The notes under the pieces were generated by a model. The model made no database searches. It saw only the letters and a list, made by a program, of their open reading frames with translations, and was not told the DNA's origin. A program made the translations under genes and the position numbers. This document shows, piece by piece, positions 17,580 through 27,602 of a stretch of 64,000 nucleotides of DNA (position 1 is the first letter of the stretch; each line of letters starts with the position of its first letter). The DNA is from Patescibacteria group bacterium (GTDB lineage Bacteria > Patescibacteriota > Minisyncoccia > Phycocordibacterales > EsbW-18), in assembly GCA_038063815.1 (NCBI GenBank), contig JBBTUJ010000003.1, forward strand, positions 12,965 through 76,964, in the 5' to 3' direction.

Positions 17580-19259
17580 CTAGACGGAGAGATCGACAAC
17601 ACGTTCGATTTCTTCGAATGTTGTCGTGCCTTCAAGCACGCGGAGGATTGCGTCTTGTGAAAGAGAGAGAAACCCTTGTTCGCGTGCCGCCTTTCTAATT
17701 TCGCGCTCGCTCGGACTCTCCTCAACAATCCTCTCGATGGTCTCATTCATCACAATTGCCTCAAAGAGCCCAATACGGCCCTTATATCCGTCTCCACCGC
17801 ACTCGGCACAGCCCGGACCGGCCTCAAATACCTTCTCCCTTTGAATACCCGCGATCTTTGTGGGATCTCCCACATCACTCAAAATCCTCTCAACAAGTGC
17901 ACGTCGTTCATCTGGAATCGGTATCTCTTTTTTACATGCGGGACAGAGCGTACGAACCAGTCGCTGTGCGAGCGCGACATTTATTGCCGAGCCCAAGATG
18001 CGAGAATTGATACCGATGTCGATAAGGCGCGTGAATGCTCCCGCGGCGGAGTTTGTGTGAAGTGTTGAAAAAACTAAGTGACCGGTGAGCGCGGCATGAA
18101 TGGCAATCTCCGCTGTTTCGTTGTCGCGAATCTCACCAACCATGATGATGTCGGGGTCTTGCCGCACCGCCGCGCGAAGCCCGCTCTCGAACGTATAGTT
18201 TTTCTCTGCATCTACCTGTGTCTGCACGATTCCCGGAAGGTGATACTCAACAGGGTCTTCGATTGTGATGATCTTTACCTCCGGACTGTGCACTCTTTTC
18301 AAGAATGCGTAGAGAGTCGTTGTTTTTCCTGATCCGGTTGGGCCGGTTGTCAAAATCATACCGTTTGGCTTCGTTATTTCGTGCTCGAGGACGGCTCGTA
18401 GATCATCTCGCATACCAAGCTTCTCAATCGAGACGCTGATTGAATCGGGATTGAGGACACGCATGACGACCGACTCGCCGTACTGCCCCGGCAGGATAGA
18501 TGTACGGATCTCGATGTCCGAGGGGTCGATTTTGATGCTGAAACGACCGTCCTGCGCTTCGCTCTGGATATTCAATTTAAGTCCCGAGAGAAGTTTGAGG
18601 CGGGAGAGAAGTAGGCGATATGTTTCGTGATCAAAAAAGGAGACATCGGTCAAAATGCCGTCGAGTCGCATACGCAGTCGCACCTGCTTTTCTTCCGGTT
18701 CGATGTGGATGTCGGAAGAGCGTGTTGCAAGTGCGCTCGCGAGGAGAACCTCGACGATGCGCGATGTGCGAAATGCTTTTTTGAGATGCACCGTTTCTTC
18801 GATGAACCGCCGCACGTCCTCGACGGTATGCACATCTTTTATGAACGTATTGATATCTTCACTTGAGACATCAAGCATCCCTTTCTTGCTCTCTGACGCG
18901 AACTGGATGTCTTTGAAGCGATCCCACGCGAAGGTGAGGCTCTTTTTCGACGCAAGATATGTGTTCACCGAGAAACCTCGCGCTTCAAGATCCATAACAA
19001 CTTCACGTGCCGCTTCTCCTTCGGGAGAGTGCATCGCGACGTCAATCTCTTTATTCAAACGATTGAAAACCGCAACCTCGGCGGTTCGTGCTGTGCTTTC
19101 TGCCAAAAGGATGAGGGCATCGGTATTGATGGGAGTCGTAGTCAAATCGACATACGGGATGCCGTATTTCTGTGAAAGATTTTGGAGAGCGTCCTCCTCC
19201 TCTTTTTCGCGGAGCTGGTCATACTTCCGTGATTGTTTCGATTCGTCAAATTGGATCAT
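17580..19259 (-). CDS. GspE/PulE/PilB family pilus assembly ATPase
   Basis: SDIHIEP, QDGRF, GPTGSGKTTTLY, TIEDPVEY, RQDPDIIMVGEIRD, GHLVFSTLH, CxxC pairs. Confidence 0.95.
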   Translation of the reverse strand: MIQFDESKQSRKYDQLREKEEEDALQNLSQKYGIPYVDLTTTPINTDALILLAESTARTAEVAVFNRLNKEIDVAMHSPEGEAAREVVMDLEARGFSVNTYLASKKSLTFAWDRFKDIQFASESKKGMLDVSSEDINTFIKDVHTVEDVRRFIEETVHLKKAFRTSRIVEVLLASALATRSSDIHIEPEEKQVRLRMRLDGILTDVSFFDHETYRLLLSRLKLLSGLKLNIQSEAQDGRFSIKIDPSDIEIRTSILPGQYGESVVMRVLNPDSISVSIEKLGMRDDLRAVLEHEITKPNGMILTTGPTGSGKTTTLYAFLKRVHSPEVKIITIEDPVEYHLPGIVQTQVDAEKNYTFESGLRAAVRQDPDIIMVGEIRDNETAEIAIHAALTGHLVFSTLHTNSAAGAFTRLIDIGINSRILGSAINVALAQRLVRTLCPACKKEIPIPDERRALVERILSDVGDPTKIAGIQREKVFEAGPGCAECGGDGYKGRIGLFEAIVMNETIERIVEESPSEREIRKAAREQGFLSLSQDAILRVLEGTTTFEEIERVVDLSV

Positions 19260-19340
19260 AGGGTAATAGTAGCAAATCAGGGTTGTACAGGTGAGGATGT
19301 TTAAGAAATGTGTGCGTGGGGGCTTCTTTAAAAACAACAC

Positions 19341-19368
19341 CCGCCGACGCGAGGGGCTCGCGCGGCGG
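19341..19368 (-). terminator. Hairpin terminator
   Basis: ccgccg.cgcgag-gggc-tcgcg.cggcgg, followed by a T-rich tract on the minus strand. Confidence 0.55.
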
Positions 19369-19373
19369 GGGGA

Positions 19374-19769
19374 TCAGATGAGGCGAAGAACGGAGTGAAC
19401 CGATTCAACCGTACGACGAAGGTCGCGCAGGTCGTCGGTCTTGATGAACCCCTTGGATGCTCGTCGTTCAAACTCGGCGAGTTCTCGGGCGACAAGGTTC
19501 GCGGCGTACTTTTCGCGCCGCTTCCTGAAGTCGCCCTCGATGGCGCGACCGCGCTTGAGGAGACCCGCGAACTGGCCGCGGATGACCACCTGGCGGTCGC
19601 CCCTTCGAAGGTGAACGACGAGTCGTCGAAGTTGTCGGCCGAACTTCGAGTCGCGGACACGTCGATACGTGTTCGTTGTGGTGTTCGCGGAGGGGTGGTT
19701 GTTGAGCCACCTCCCCACGATCCACCAGAGGAATCCGAGGAATCCCCACAGCGCGTCTGTTGCGGTCAT
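19374..19769 (-). CDS. GC-rich orphan protein with N-terminal hydrophobic segment, Arg-rich
   Basis: GGAGG SD before ATG 19769; TTGACT-17-TACCGT promoter at 19811-19839; own terminator. Confidence 0.55.
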   Translation of the reverse strand: MTATDALWGFLGFLWWIVGRWLNNHPSANTTTNTYRRVRDSKFGRQLRRLVVHLRRGDRQVVIRGQFAGLLKRGRAIEGDFRKRREKYAANLVARELAEFERRASKGFIKTDDLRDLRRTVESVHSVLRLI

Positions 19770-19867
19770 GAACCCTCCGTTTGTCATTTGGCCACTATTG
19801 GTCCGACGTGACGGTACGTTAGTTATTGAATAAAGTCAACTCTTTTTCCTAGTGCTACAATTCATTT

Positions 19868-20812
19868 ATGAAGAGGGTTACCATCGCATCTCTTTCCGAG
19901 ATGAAAACATTTGCTGAGAGTGTTTTGAAGAATCTCAAACCGCAAAAAAAGACCGCGACAGTTTTCGGACTCCGTGGTGATTTGGGTGCGGGGAAAACAG
20001 CATTTGTAAAGGCGATTGCCGAAACTCTCGGAGTAAAAGAACACATCACGAGTCCGACGTTCGTGATACAAAAAATCTACAACCTACCTACCCGACACGC
20101 AGGCGGGCAACCAACAACAAACGAAGGGTTCAAAAAACTCGTTCACATTGATGCGTATCGACTTCAATCGGGAGACGAGCTCAAAAAGATTGAGTGGGAG
20201 GAAACTGTTGCTGATCCGACAGGCCTCATCTTTGTTGAGTGGCCAGAGAACGTGAAAGGAATCATGCCGGAGGGCGCATACCACATTGACTTCGAACATG
20301 TTGATGAGCACACACGATCTGCATCGGTTATGAAAACGCCATTTACACTCTGTGTGATCCACAAGCCACCGAACATTCTTTTGGGGATGAAAAAACGCGG
20401 GTTTGGTGCGGGGAAATGGAATGGATTCGGTGGTAAGGTCGGAGAAAATGAAACCTTAGAACAAGCAACGCTTCGGGAAATCAAAGAAGAAGTAGGAATT
20501 GTGCCGCACAAAATAGAAAAAGTTGGAATACTTGAGTTTGCATTTGAAAACGACACGAAAGGATTTGAGATGCATATTTTTTGTGGGAATGAATTTGAGG
20601 GAGAACCAACCGAAACAGAAGAAATGAAACCACAATGGTTTCATGTGGACAACATACCGTTTTCCGAGATGTGGCCAGACGATGAATATTGGATCCCGCT
20701 TTTCTTGTCAGGAAAATTATTCCGGGCAAGGTTTCTTTTTGACAGACCATCTGATACAGAATATTCAGTGAAAATCATTGAGCACACAATCTCTGAGGTA
20801 GAGAAGCTCTAG
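19868..20812 (+). CDS. tsaE: TsaE (t6A ATPase) fused to MTH1-like 8-oxo-dGTPase NUDIX domain
   Basis: GDLGAGKT, SPTF, HIDAYRL, VEWPE; then LLGMKKRGFGAGKWNGFGGKV, REIKEEVG, MWPDD. Confidence 0.88.
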   Translation: MKRVTIASLSEMKTFAESVLKNLKPQKKTATVFGLRGDLGAGKTAFVKAIAETLGVKEHITSPTFVIQKIYNLPTRHAGGQPTTNEGFKKLVHIDAYRLQSGDELKKIEWEETVADPTGLIFVEWPENVKGIMPEGAYHIDFEHVDEHTRSASVMKTPFTLCVIHKPPNILLGMKKRGFGAGKWNGFGGKVGENETLEQATLREIKEEVGIVPHKIEKVGILEFAFENDTKGFEMHIFCGNEFEGEPTETEEMKPQWFHVDNIPFSEMWPDDEYWIPLFLSGKLFRARFLFDRPSDTEYSVKIIEHTISEVEKL

Positions 20813-20814
20813 GC

Positions 20815-23271
20815 ATGCCGAAAAAACCATCACCAACAAAAACAAAAAAGGGGAAAACGGGCGGAAAGCCGAAGCGGCTCGTGCTTCTTGATGCACACGC
20901 GATTATTCATCGTGCATACCACGCGCTTCCTGACTTTACATCCGCAACAGGCGAGCCGACGGGGGCGCTCTATGGTCTTGCGGCGATGCTCCTGAAGATT
21001 ATCGCGGATTTGAAGCCGGACTACATCGCGGCCGCATACGATCTTCCAAAACCAACACACCGCCACATCGCGTACGAAAAATATAAAGCGACACGCAAAG
21101 AGCTTGAAGAACCTCTTGTTGCTCAGCTTGTGCGAAGCAGGGACGTTTTCAAGGCATTCTCGATTCCAATTTACGATAGGGAAGAATTCGAAGCGGACGA
21201 TATCTTGGGCACGATTGTTGAAATGTTCAAAGACGATTCTTCAGTCGAAATCGTAATCGCGTCGGGCGACATGGATACGCTCCAACTTGTTTCGGGAGCG
21301 CGCGTCAAAGTGTTCACGCTCCGGAAGGGCATACAAGATACGATTCTCTACGACGAAAGCGACGTCGAGAAGCGCTTTGGATTTCCTCCAGTCCTTTTGC
21401 CTGACTACAAAGGTCTCCGCGGAGACCCGTCGGATAATATTCCCGGCATTGCTGGTATCGGAGAAAAAACAGCAACGACACTTATCACGACGTTTGGTGA
21501 CCTGGACGCGCTCTATAAAACACTTGCAAAAGGAGAGGAGAAGTTTTTAGGAGCAGGGATAACAAAACGAATCGTCGGACTTTTGAAAGAAGGAGAAGAA
21601 GAAGCGCGATTTTCGAAACTTCTCGCAACGATTCGGCGGGATGCGCCCATTACGTTCACACTTCCTGACACCGTCTGGCGCGAGCACGTTTCGGTGTCGG
21701 AGATTGTCACTCTTTTCACCGAACTCGGATTCCGCTCCCTCGTTGCCCGGGCAAAGGAAGCATTTCCTGAAATAAACCAACAACCAACAACAAACAACCA
21801 ACAACAAATATTTTACACAGAACCCACAACCTCTTTGTCTCATCAAGAATTAACTGAAACAAAGGTCGCCCTGTGGCTTCTGAACTCCGAGATCACCAAT
21901 CCGACGGAGGAAGATATCAAATATTTCGCACGGACGGACGACATCAAAAAGGCACGCGAACACATTCTTTCTGAGGTACAAAAGCAGGGTCTTACGGACG
22001 TTTTTGAAAAGATCGAAAAACCGCTTACGCCTGTTCTTGAAAAGATGCACGAGCGAGGTGTTCGCATCGATACGTCGTACTTAAGCGACATCGCGGAATC
22101 GTACCACGCGGAGCTCGATGCACTGAAGAGAAAGATATTCGAGCGTGCCGGAATGGAATTTAACTTAAATTCCCCGCGACAACTCGGAGATGTTCTCTTT
22201 ACCACACTAGGACTCACGGGAGGAAAGAAAACATCAACAGGGCAGAGGTCAACGCGCGAGTCAGAACTCGCAAAACTCGCGGACAAGCACCCGATTATTG
22301 GAGAGATTTTGCAACACAGGGAACTCCAGAAACTCCTCTCAACATATATTGATGCATTTCCAAAACTTCTTGGTCCCGATGGGCGTTTGCACACAACATT
22401 TGTACAAACGGGAGCGGCAACGGGACGTATGTCGTCTCAAAATCCGAACTTGCAGAATATTCCGATCAAAACGGAGCGCGGCCGCGCTGTTCGTGGAGCA
22501 TTTGTTGCATGTCCGGGTTTTGTGCTCGCAACATTTGACTACTCGCAGATTGAGCTCAGAATCGCAGCGATTCTTTCGCAAGATGAAAAACTTCTCAAAA
22601 CATTTTCTGAAGGCGGTGATATTCACACGGCTGTTGCGTCAGAGATTTTTAATGTGCCACAAAACGATGTGACGCAGACGATGCGCCGCACCGCGAAAGT
22701 CATTAACTTCGGTATCATCTACGGCATGGGCGCGAACGCGCTCGCAGCAACGGCGGGCATGAGTCGTAAAGATGCGCAAAAATATCTCGCGGAATATGAA
22801 AAGACATTCCCGACCCTCTCGCGTTGGATCGAGACCCTTTTTGGTGAAGTCCGAAAAAAAGGTTACACAGAAACACTTTTTGGGCGTCGGAGGCATCTTC
22901 CCGGTATCCGATCACCTCTTCCGTATATTCAGGCAGAAGCAGAGCGCCAAGCGGTCAATGCGCCCATTCAGGGAACTTCTGCAGACATCATCAAACGCTC
23001 AATGGTTGAGGTTGATGAATATATTGCACGAGAAAAATTAGATGACGACGTTTTTGCGATTCTTCAGATTCACGATGAACTCATGTATGAAATAAGGGAA
23101 GGTGTTGCAGACAAGGTCGTTCCGGAAATAAAAAAGATTATGGAGGCAGGGCTTAGAGACCACCTGCCTGCCGGCAAGGCAGGCGAGACGTATGGGGTTC
23201 CGATTGTTGTTGATGCCTCGGTCGGCACGCGGTGGGGAGAAATGAAAAAAGTAAACAACAAGAAAGAATAA
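20815..23271 (+). CDS. polA: DNA polymerase I
   Basis: 5'-3' exonuclease (LLDAHA, EADD, SGDMD, GDPSDNIPG); polymerase motifs DYSQIELR, AKVINFGIIYG, QIHDEL. Confidence 0.97.
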   Translation: MPKKPSPTKTKKGKTGGKPKRLVLLDAHAIIHRAYHALPDFTSATGEPTGALYGLAAMLLKIIADLKPDYIAAAYDLPKPTHRHIAYEKYKATRKELEEPLVAQLVRSRDVFKAFSIPIYDREEFEADDILGTIVEMFKDDSSVEIVIASGDMDTLQLVSGARVKVFTLRKGIQDTILYDESDVEKRFGFPPVLLPDYKGLRGDPSDNIPGIAGIGEKTATTLITTFGDLDALYKTLAKGEEKFLGAGITKRIVGLLKEGEEEARFSKLLATIRRDAPITFTLPDTVWREHVSVSEIVTLFTELGFRSLVARAKEAFPEINQQPTTNNQQQIFYTEPTTSLSHQELTETKVALWLLNSEITNPTEEDIKYFARTDDIKKAREHILSEVQKQGLTDVFEKIEKPLTPVLEKMHERGVRIDTSYLSDIAESYHAELDALKRKIFERAGMEFNLNSPRQLGDVLFTTLGLTGGKKTSTGQRSTRESELAKLADKHPIIGEILQHRELQKLLSTYIDAFPKLLGPDGRLHTTFVQTGAATGRMSSQNPNLQNIPIKTERGRAVRGAFVACPGFVLATFDYSQIELRIAAILSQDEKLLKTFSEGGDIHTAVASEIFNVPQNDVTQTMRRTAKVINFGIIYGMGANALAATAGMSRKDAQKYLAEYEKTFPTLSRWIETLFGEVRKKGYTETLFGRRRHLPGIRSPLPYIQAEAERQAVNAPIQGTSADIIKRSMVEVDEYIAREKLDDDVFAILQIHDELMYEIREGVADKVVPEIKKIMEAGLRDHLPAGKAGETYGVPIVVDASVGTRWGEMKKVNNKKE
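21775..21809 (+). repeat. Heptamer array inside the polA linker
   Basis: aaccaac aaccaac aacaaac aaccaac aacaaat, encoding NQQPTTNNQQQ. Confidence 0.8.
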
Positions 23272-23275
23272 AAGT

Positions 23276-23983
23276 ATGCTCTACCTTTTTTACGGAACGA
23301 ATACCGACAAGGTACGAGAAATGTCTCGCGATCTCATCAAAAAGTTGGAAGAAAAACGTCCCGATGCGGCAACATTTTCTTTTTCAGATGAAACATTTTC
23401 TTCCGAAGCACTTTCGTACTACAAAGGAGCCGCCGGTCTCTTCGCTCCGCGTCAAATCGTAACGCTTTCTCATATCCTCACACACGAAGATCATGGGCCG
23501 ATTCTTCTCGAGGCGCTCGCCGATCTCGCCGAGTCAGAAAACATATTTATTTTGATAGAAGGAAATCTTCCTGTAAAAATTGTTGCCTCGTGCGAACGTC
23601 ACGCGGAGAAGGTTGCACACTTTCCATCAAAAGAAGCGAAAGGGGAAAAGCCATTTTCAATATTTACCTTGACTGATGCGCTGGGGAAGCGAGACAAGAA
23701 AAACCTCTGGATTCTCTATCAGCGAGCGCTTCGGGAAGATATAACACCCGAAGAGGTACACGCGATTCTTTTTTGGCAAGTGAAAACGCTTCTCATGGTC
23801 TCGGGTGGTGCGACAAAAAACATGAAGCCGCGTGTTCTCAGCAACGCAAGAGCATTTTTGAAAAATTTTTCACGCGAAGAACTTGAGAACCTCTCTCTTT
23901 CATTAGTTGTGCTCTATCACGATGCTCGCCGCGGTGTCGTTGAGTTTGGTATCGGGCTCGAAAAGTTGCTGTTGTCGATATAG
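23276..23983 (+). CDS. holA: DNA polymerase III delta subunit-like protein
   Basis: LYLFYG, GLFAPRQIV, IFTLTDALGKRDKKNLW, LEKLLL. Confidence 0.7.
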   Translation: MLYLFYGTNTDKVREMSRDLIKKLEEKRPDAATFSFSDETFSSEALSYYKGAAGLFAPRQIVTLSHILTHEDHGPILLEALADLAESENIFILIEGNLPVKIVASCERHAEKVAHFPSKEAKGEKPFSIFTLTDALGKRDKKNLWILYQRALREDITPEEVHAILFWQVKTLLMVSGGATKNMKPRVLSNARAFLKNFSREELENLSLSLVVLYHDARRGVVEFGIGLEKLLLSI

Positions 23984-24003
23984 TGTTGTAAAGTCTAGCC
24001 ATT

Positions 24004-24077
24004 CCGCCCGTAGCTCAGCCTGGTAGAGCACCTCCCTTTTAAGGAGTGGGTCGTTGGTTCGAATCCAACCGGGCGGA
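24004..24077 (+). tRNA. tRNA-Lys(TTT)
   Basis: Cloverleaf CCGCCCG/CGGGCGG, loop CTTTTAA, GGTTCGAATCC; no encoded CCA. Confidence 0.93.
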
Positions 24078-24082
24078 CTTTT

Positions 24083-24553
24083 ATGTCGAAAAAGATATTT
24101 GTTATCCTCGACAATATTCGAAGTGTTGAAAACACAGGATCGACTTTCCGCACGTCTGATGGGGCGGGTGTCTCAAAAATATATCTTTGCGGTACGACAC
24201 CGACACCAATCGATCGTTTTGGTCGCGCACGAAAGGATTTTGCGAAAGTATCTCTCGGAGCAGAAAAAACAGTTCCGTGGGAACATGCAAAAAACACGAA
24301 AGATATTATTGCACGCCTCAAAGAAGAGAATGTTCAAGTTGTTGCTGTTGAGCAAGACAAGAAAGCGATTGATTATAAAAAATTAAAGGCGGGCGGCGCT
24401 ATCGCATTCGTTTTTGGAAACGAAGTCAGCGGTGTTTCAAAAGATATTCTTTCCCTGTGCGATGAAATCGTTGAGATTCCAATGAAGGGAGCAAAAGAGT
24501 CCTTGAACGTCTCGGTCGCCGCAGGAATCATTCTTTTTTCTGCTTCCGCATAG
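24083..24553 (+). CDS. TrmH/SpoU family RNA methyltransferase
   Basis: LDNIRSVENTGS, FGNEVSGV, EIPMKGAKESLNVSVA. Confidence 0.92.
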   Translation: MSKKIFVILDNIRSVENTGSTFRTSDGAGVSKIYLCGTTPTPIDRFGRARKDFAKVSLGAEKTVPWEHAKNTKDIIARLKEENVQVVAVEQDKKAIDYKKLKAGGAIAFVFGNEVSGVSKDILSLCDEIVEIPMKGAKESLNVSVAAGIILFSASA

Positions 24554-24576
24554 TTCCCTGCCTGCGCTTGTCCGCG

Positions 24577-25551
24577 TTAATACTGCCAGACGTCAACTAA
24601 CTTGCCCTGTGCGTCGAAGAGGCCAATCGTCTCGCGGTCGTCTCGCCACAAGTCGTTCCGATTTGCATTCAAAAAGATGCGCCACTCGTCTTTGAGGAAG
24701 TCGGAATCGTTCTTGTGGAGTTTTACGCACCCTTCGTAGTTGCTGTACTCGCGGATGAATGCGCGACACTCTTTTACCACATCTGACGGTGCGGACCCAC
24801 GCTCGCATTGTCCGACATCTTCGATTGCGTCCATACATTCGTCGTACTCATCTTCATCGTCAAAATCATCGAACGCAAGATCAAATTCGGAAAGATTTTC
24901 TTCTTCAAGAAGGGGACACTCGGAATAGAGTGACGGTATGAATCTGTTTTCATTCCCAAAATAGCCGATACATTTATTCACGAGGAACGAAGTGCGGATA
25001 CCCGCTGCTCCTCCTGTCGAAACAACTGCTTCATCCCCCGGCGCGAGATACATCGTGCCTGCGGAGAACCACGGTCGGTTGCCCATAAGCACACGCACAC
25101 CCTTGCCGATCTTCGCTCCCCGGTCGGTCACGAGGCTTTTGAGGACCCAGCCCGTGATAGGAATAGGCGTTTCATTGTCAGACGATGCGGAAAGGCGCAC
25201 GTATTCTTCGTTTCGGACATCTGTCCACGTATTCCCTGACTGAATCTCGACCTTTCCCGCGTAGGGAGAAAGGTTTTGGGAAAGTTTCGCCTCATCGATA
25301 TCACCTTCGAGTTCCTCGATCTTGGATTCGATCCGGTAGAGTTCACCTTCGCGATATTCGGTGTCGTCCACGACTCCGTCGTTGTCTGCGTCATATGAAC
25401 GAAGGTAAGTGTCTCTCTCGGTAAGGTCATATGAAGGTTCGTTGTTCCACGTGCTTCCGAATTCTCCGAATGAAAGACCAGCGTCTCTCATGACTGCCAC
25501 GATGAAGATGCCGGCGATAACGATAAAACCAATCTTAAAAAGTGAAGACAT
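24577..25551 (-). CDS. Membrane-anchored secreted protein (lamin-tail-like domain, Cys-rich acidic region)
   Basis: N-terminal TM, EEYVRL..ITGWVLKS, NKCIGY, C-terminal TIGLFDAQGKLVD. Confidence 0.6.
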   Translation of the reverse strand: MSSLFKIGFIVIAGIFIVAVMRDAGLSFGEFGSTWNNEPSYDLTERDTYLRSYDADNDGVVDDTEYREGELYRIESKIEELEGDIDEAKLSQNLSPYAGKVEIQSGNTWTDVRNEEYVRLSASSDNETPIPITGWVLKSLVTDRGAKIGKGVRVLMGNRPWFSAGTMYLAPGDEAVVSTGGAAGIRTSFLVNKCIGYFGNENRFIPSLYSECPLLEEENLSEFDLAFDDFDDEDEYDECMDAIEDVGQCERGSAPSDVVKECRAFIREYSNYEGCVKLHKNDSDFLKDEWRIFLNANRNDLWRDDRETIGLFDAQGKLVDVWQY

Positions 25552-25562
25552 ATGAATACAGT

Positions 25563-25590
25563 AACAAACAACCAACAACCTACAACAAGC
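25563..25590 (-). repeat. Heptamer array directly upstream of -10 box and start of the 25551 gene
   Basis: aacaaac aaccaac aacctac aacaagc. Confidence 0.75.
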
Positions 25591-25654
25591 AAGAGAGGCC
25601 CCTGACTCCACCTGTTCGTTGGCCCCGCTGTTTCATACGGCGGGTCCTGAATGT

Positions 25655-26932
25655 TTATATATTGATCTTCTTTAGTTCCTCCCGCACGACCGTCGCGTCG
25701 TCCCACGGCGTTTTTGATCCGCGAGGACCCATGATGTACGGGTCGGTGCCTTTTCCGGTGATAAGAACAAGTGCTTTATCAGGGGATCTCTTTGCGCGCA
25801 GGAGTGCTTCATGAATCGCGGCTCGACGATCAAAAATCACAGTCAATGTATTCTTGTCTTTCATGCCAGCGCGCATCTCATCAAGTATTGCTTTTGGATC
25901 TTCGTCGTAGGGATCCTCGTTTGTGAGAATTATTTCGTCGCAGTATTTCTCTGCGATACCCGCCATGACGGGGCGTTTCCACGTGTCGCGTCCGCCGCCG
26001 GTGTTTCCGAGAAGACCAATCTTATGGACATTTGGAAATGCTTTATACAACGCCTCGAGTGACTCCGGTGTGTGTGCGTAATCAACGATGACATCAAACG
26101 ATTGTCCTTCTCGGACGTATTCAACTCTTCCACGTACTTCTGTAACGTTCGAGAGCCCCGCGTGGATTTTTTGAAGCGGAATATTTTGGCTTTCCGCGAA
26201 TGTCGCCGCGCCCAAAGCGTTCATGATGTTGAATTCTCCGGGAATGTGAAGCGACATGCCGTGTCCGTGAAATGTGAATGTCGAACCGTCCGCGCGGGTT
26301 TCATAGGGAGATGCGTCACTCAAACGATAGGAAAGTGTGCGCGTTGCGAGAACATTCAAAAAAAGTTCTCCCGATGGGTCATCTGCATTTGCAACAATAA
26401 CCGTGTTCTTTTTTGACGAGCGCGCGACTGCGCGCGCAATCTTTAATTTTGCGTCACGGTATTTCTCGAATGAGCCGTGTGATTCGATGTGTTCTGGTGC
26501 GAGGTTTGTGAAGATGAGACCGTCAAGCGCAATCCACATGTGTCTGAATTGCCGCACCGCCTCAGAACTCATCTCAAGGACCACCCACGTACATCCTGCA
26601 TGTATGGCACCACGCAGGAACTTCTGAACAAAAAATCGTCCCGGGACCGTCATTTTGAATTTATTGGGCCGGCTTGTATCAGCGACTTTAAATCGGATTG
26701 TATTCAAAAGCGCCGTCTTCTCTCCTGCCGCTTCAAGAATTGCGTTCACGAACTCAGTTGTTGTTGATTTTCCTTTTGTTCCCGTGACAGCGATTACCTT
26801 CAGTTTTCGCGATGGAAATCGATAGAGAAGCGCTCCTGCAAGTGCAAGGAAGGAGTGGTATGCGGGTTGCCCGAACCGATACAATTTTTTCGGTATTAAG
26901 CGCTCCGCAAATCGCAGGACTTTTTCAAGCAT
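25655..26932 (-). CDS. murE: UDP-MurNAc-tripeptide synthetase
   Basis: VTGTKGKST, EMSSE, FTNLAPEH, VDYAHTP, GGGRD, NEDP, GKG. Confidence 0.9.
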   Translation of the reverse strand: MLEKVLRFAERLIPKKLYRFGQPAYHSFLALAGALLYRFPSRKLKVIAVTGTKGKSTTTEFVNAILEAAGEKTALLNTIRFKVADTSRPNKFKMTVPGRFFVQKFLRGAIHAGCTWVVLEMSSEAVRQFRHMWIALDGLIFTNLAPEHIESHGSFEKYRDAKLKIARAVARSSKKNTVIVANADDPSGELFLNVLATRTLSYRLSDASPYETRADGSTFTFHGHGMSLHIPGEFNIMNALGAATFAESQNIPLQKIHAGLSNVTEVRGRVEYVREGQSFDVIVDYAHTPESLEALYKAFPNVHKIGLLGNTGGGRDTWKRPVMAGIAEKYCDEIILTNEDPYDEDPKAILDEMRAGMKDKNTLTVIFDRRAAIHEALLRAKRSPDKALVLITGKGTDPYIMGPRGSKTPWDDATVVREELKKINI

Positions 26933-27509
26933 AATTACGCGTGTTGAGTTGCTTCATCGCTTCTTTGACACGTTCACTTGTCCCAACGATTGCGTTATCG
27001 ATTTTTTTCACCGCATCACGCGCACTTTGTTGTGTGTACCCAAGCGAAACAAGCGCTTCGATGACGTCGGCATCTTCACGCAACTCTGGTGTCGCGATGT
27101 CTGGTGCACCGATTCTATCTTTGAGTTCAACAACAATCTTCTCTGCCGTTTTTTTACCAATGCCGGAAACCTTGGTGAGGTATGTTGTGTCACCGCGCCC
27201 GATTGCAGTACGAAGCGTTGTTGATGTCGCGAGAGAGAGAACCGCAAGTGCGGACTTGGGACCGATACCCGGGACGTTTATGAGCATCTCAAAAAGCGTG
27301 AGCTCGTTTGTTGTTGCAAATCCGAACAGTTCCATCGAATTTTCACGTACCGCAAGATGTGTATGGAGAGAAACGGGAGACCCTACCTCAACCGGAAGCG
27401 TTGCAAATGTTTCTGTTGAGACGTGCACGCGGTATCCAACACCATTCACGTCAAGAATAATCGAACCGAGGTCTTTCGTGTGAAGTGTGCCTGAGAGGAA
27501 TGAGATCAT
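26925..27509 (-). CDS. ruvA: Holliday junction DNA-binding protein RuvA
   Basis: VNGVGY, LFGF, VPGIGPKSA, GIGKKTAEKIVVELKD, ALVSLGY. Confidence 0.97.
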   Translation of the reverse strand: MISFLSGTLHTKDLGSIILDVNGVGYRVHVSTETFATLPVEVGSPVSLHTHLAVRENSMELFGFATTNELTLFEMLINVPGIGPKSALAVLSLATSTTLRTAIGRGDTTYLTKVSGIGKKTAEKIVVELKDRIGAPDIATPELREDADVIEALVSLGYTQQSARDAVKKIDNAIVGTSERVKEAMKQLNTRNYA

Positions 27510-27602
27510 AGAAATAGTTTATAGGTTTTAAGGTAGAGGGGATAGGGGGGTGATTTTTCTTGCTTAAAATCAGCTTTCTTGGTATTCTCTTCACGTTCAC
27601 CT

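Noticed and set aside
19395-19811. 138-aa plus-strand ORF
   Set aside because: Antisense shadow; promoter, SD and terminator all support the minus-strand ORF
15080-27509. ruvA separated from ruvB/ruvC as a sign of an inserted island
   Set aside because: Intervening genes are ordinary housekeeping genes; simple rearrangement explains it
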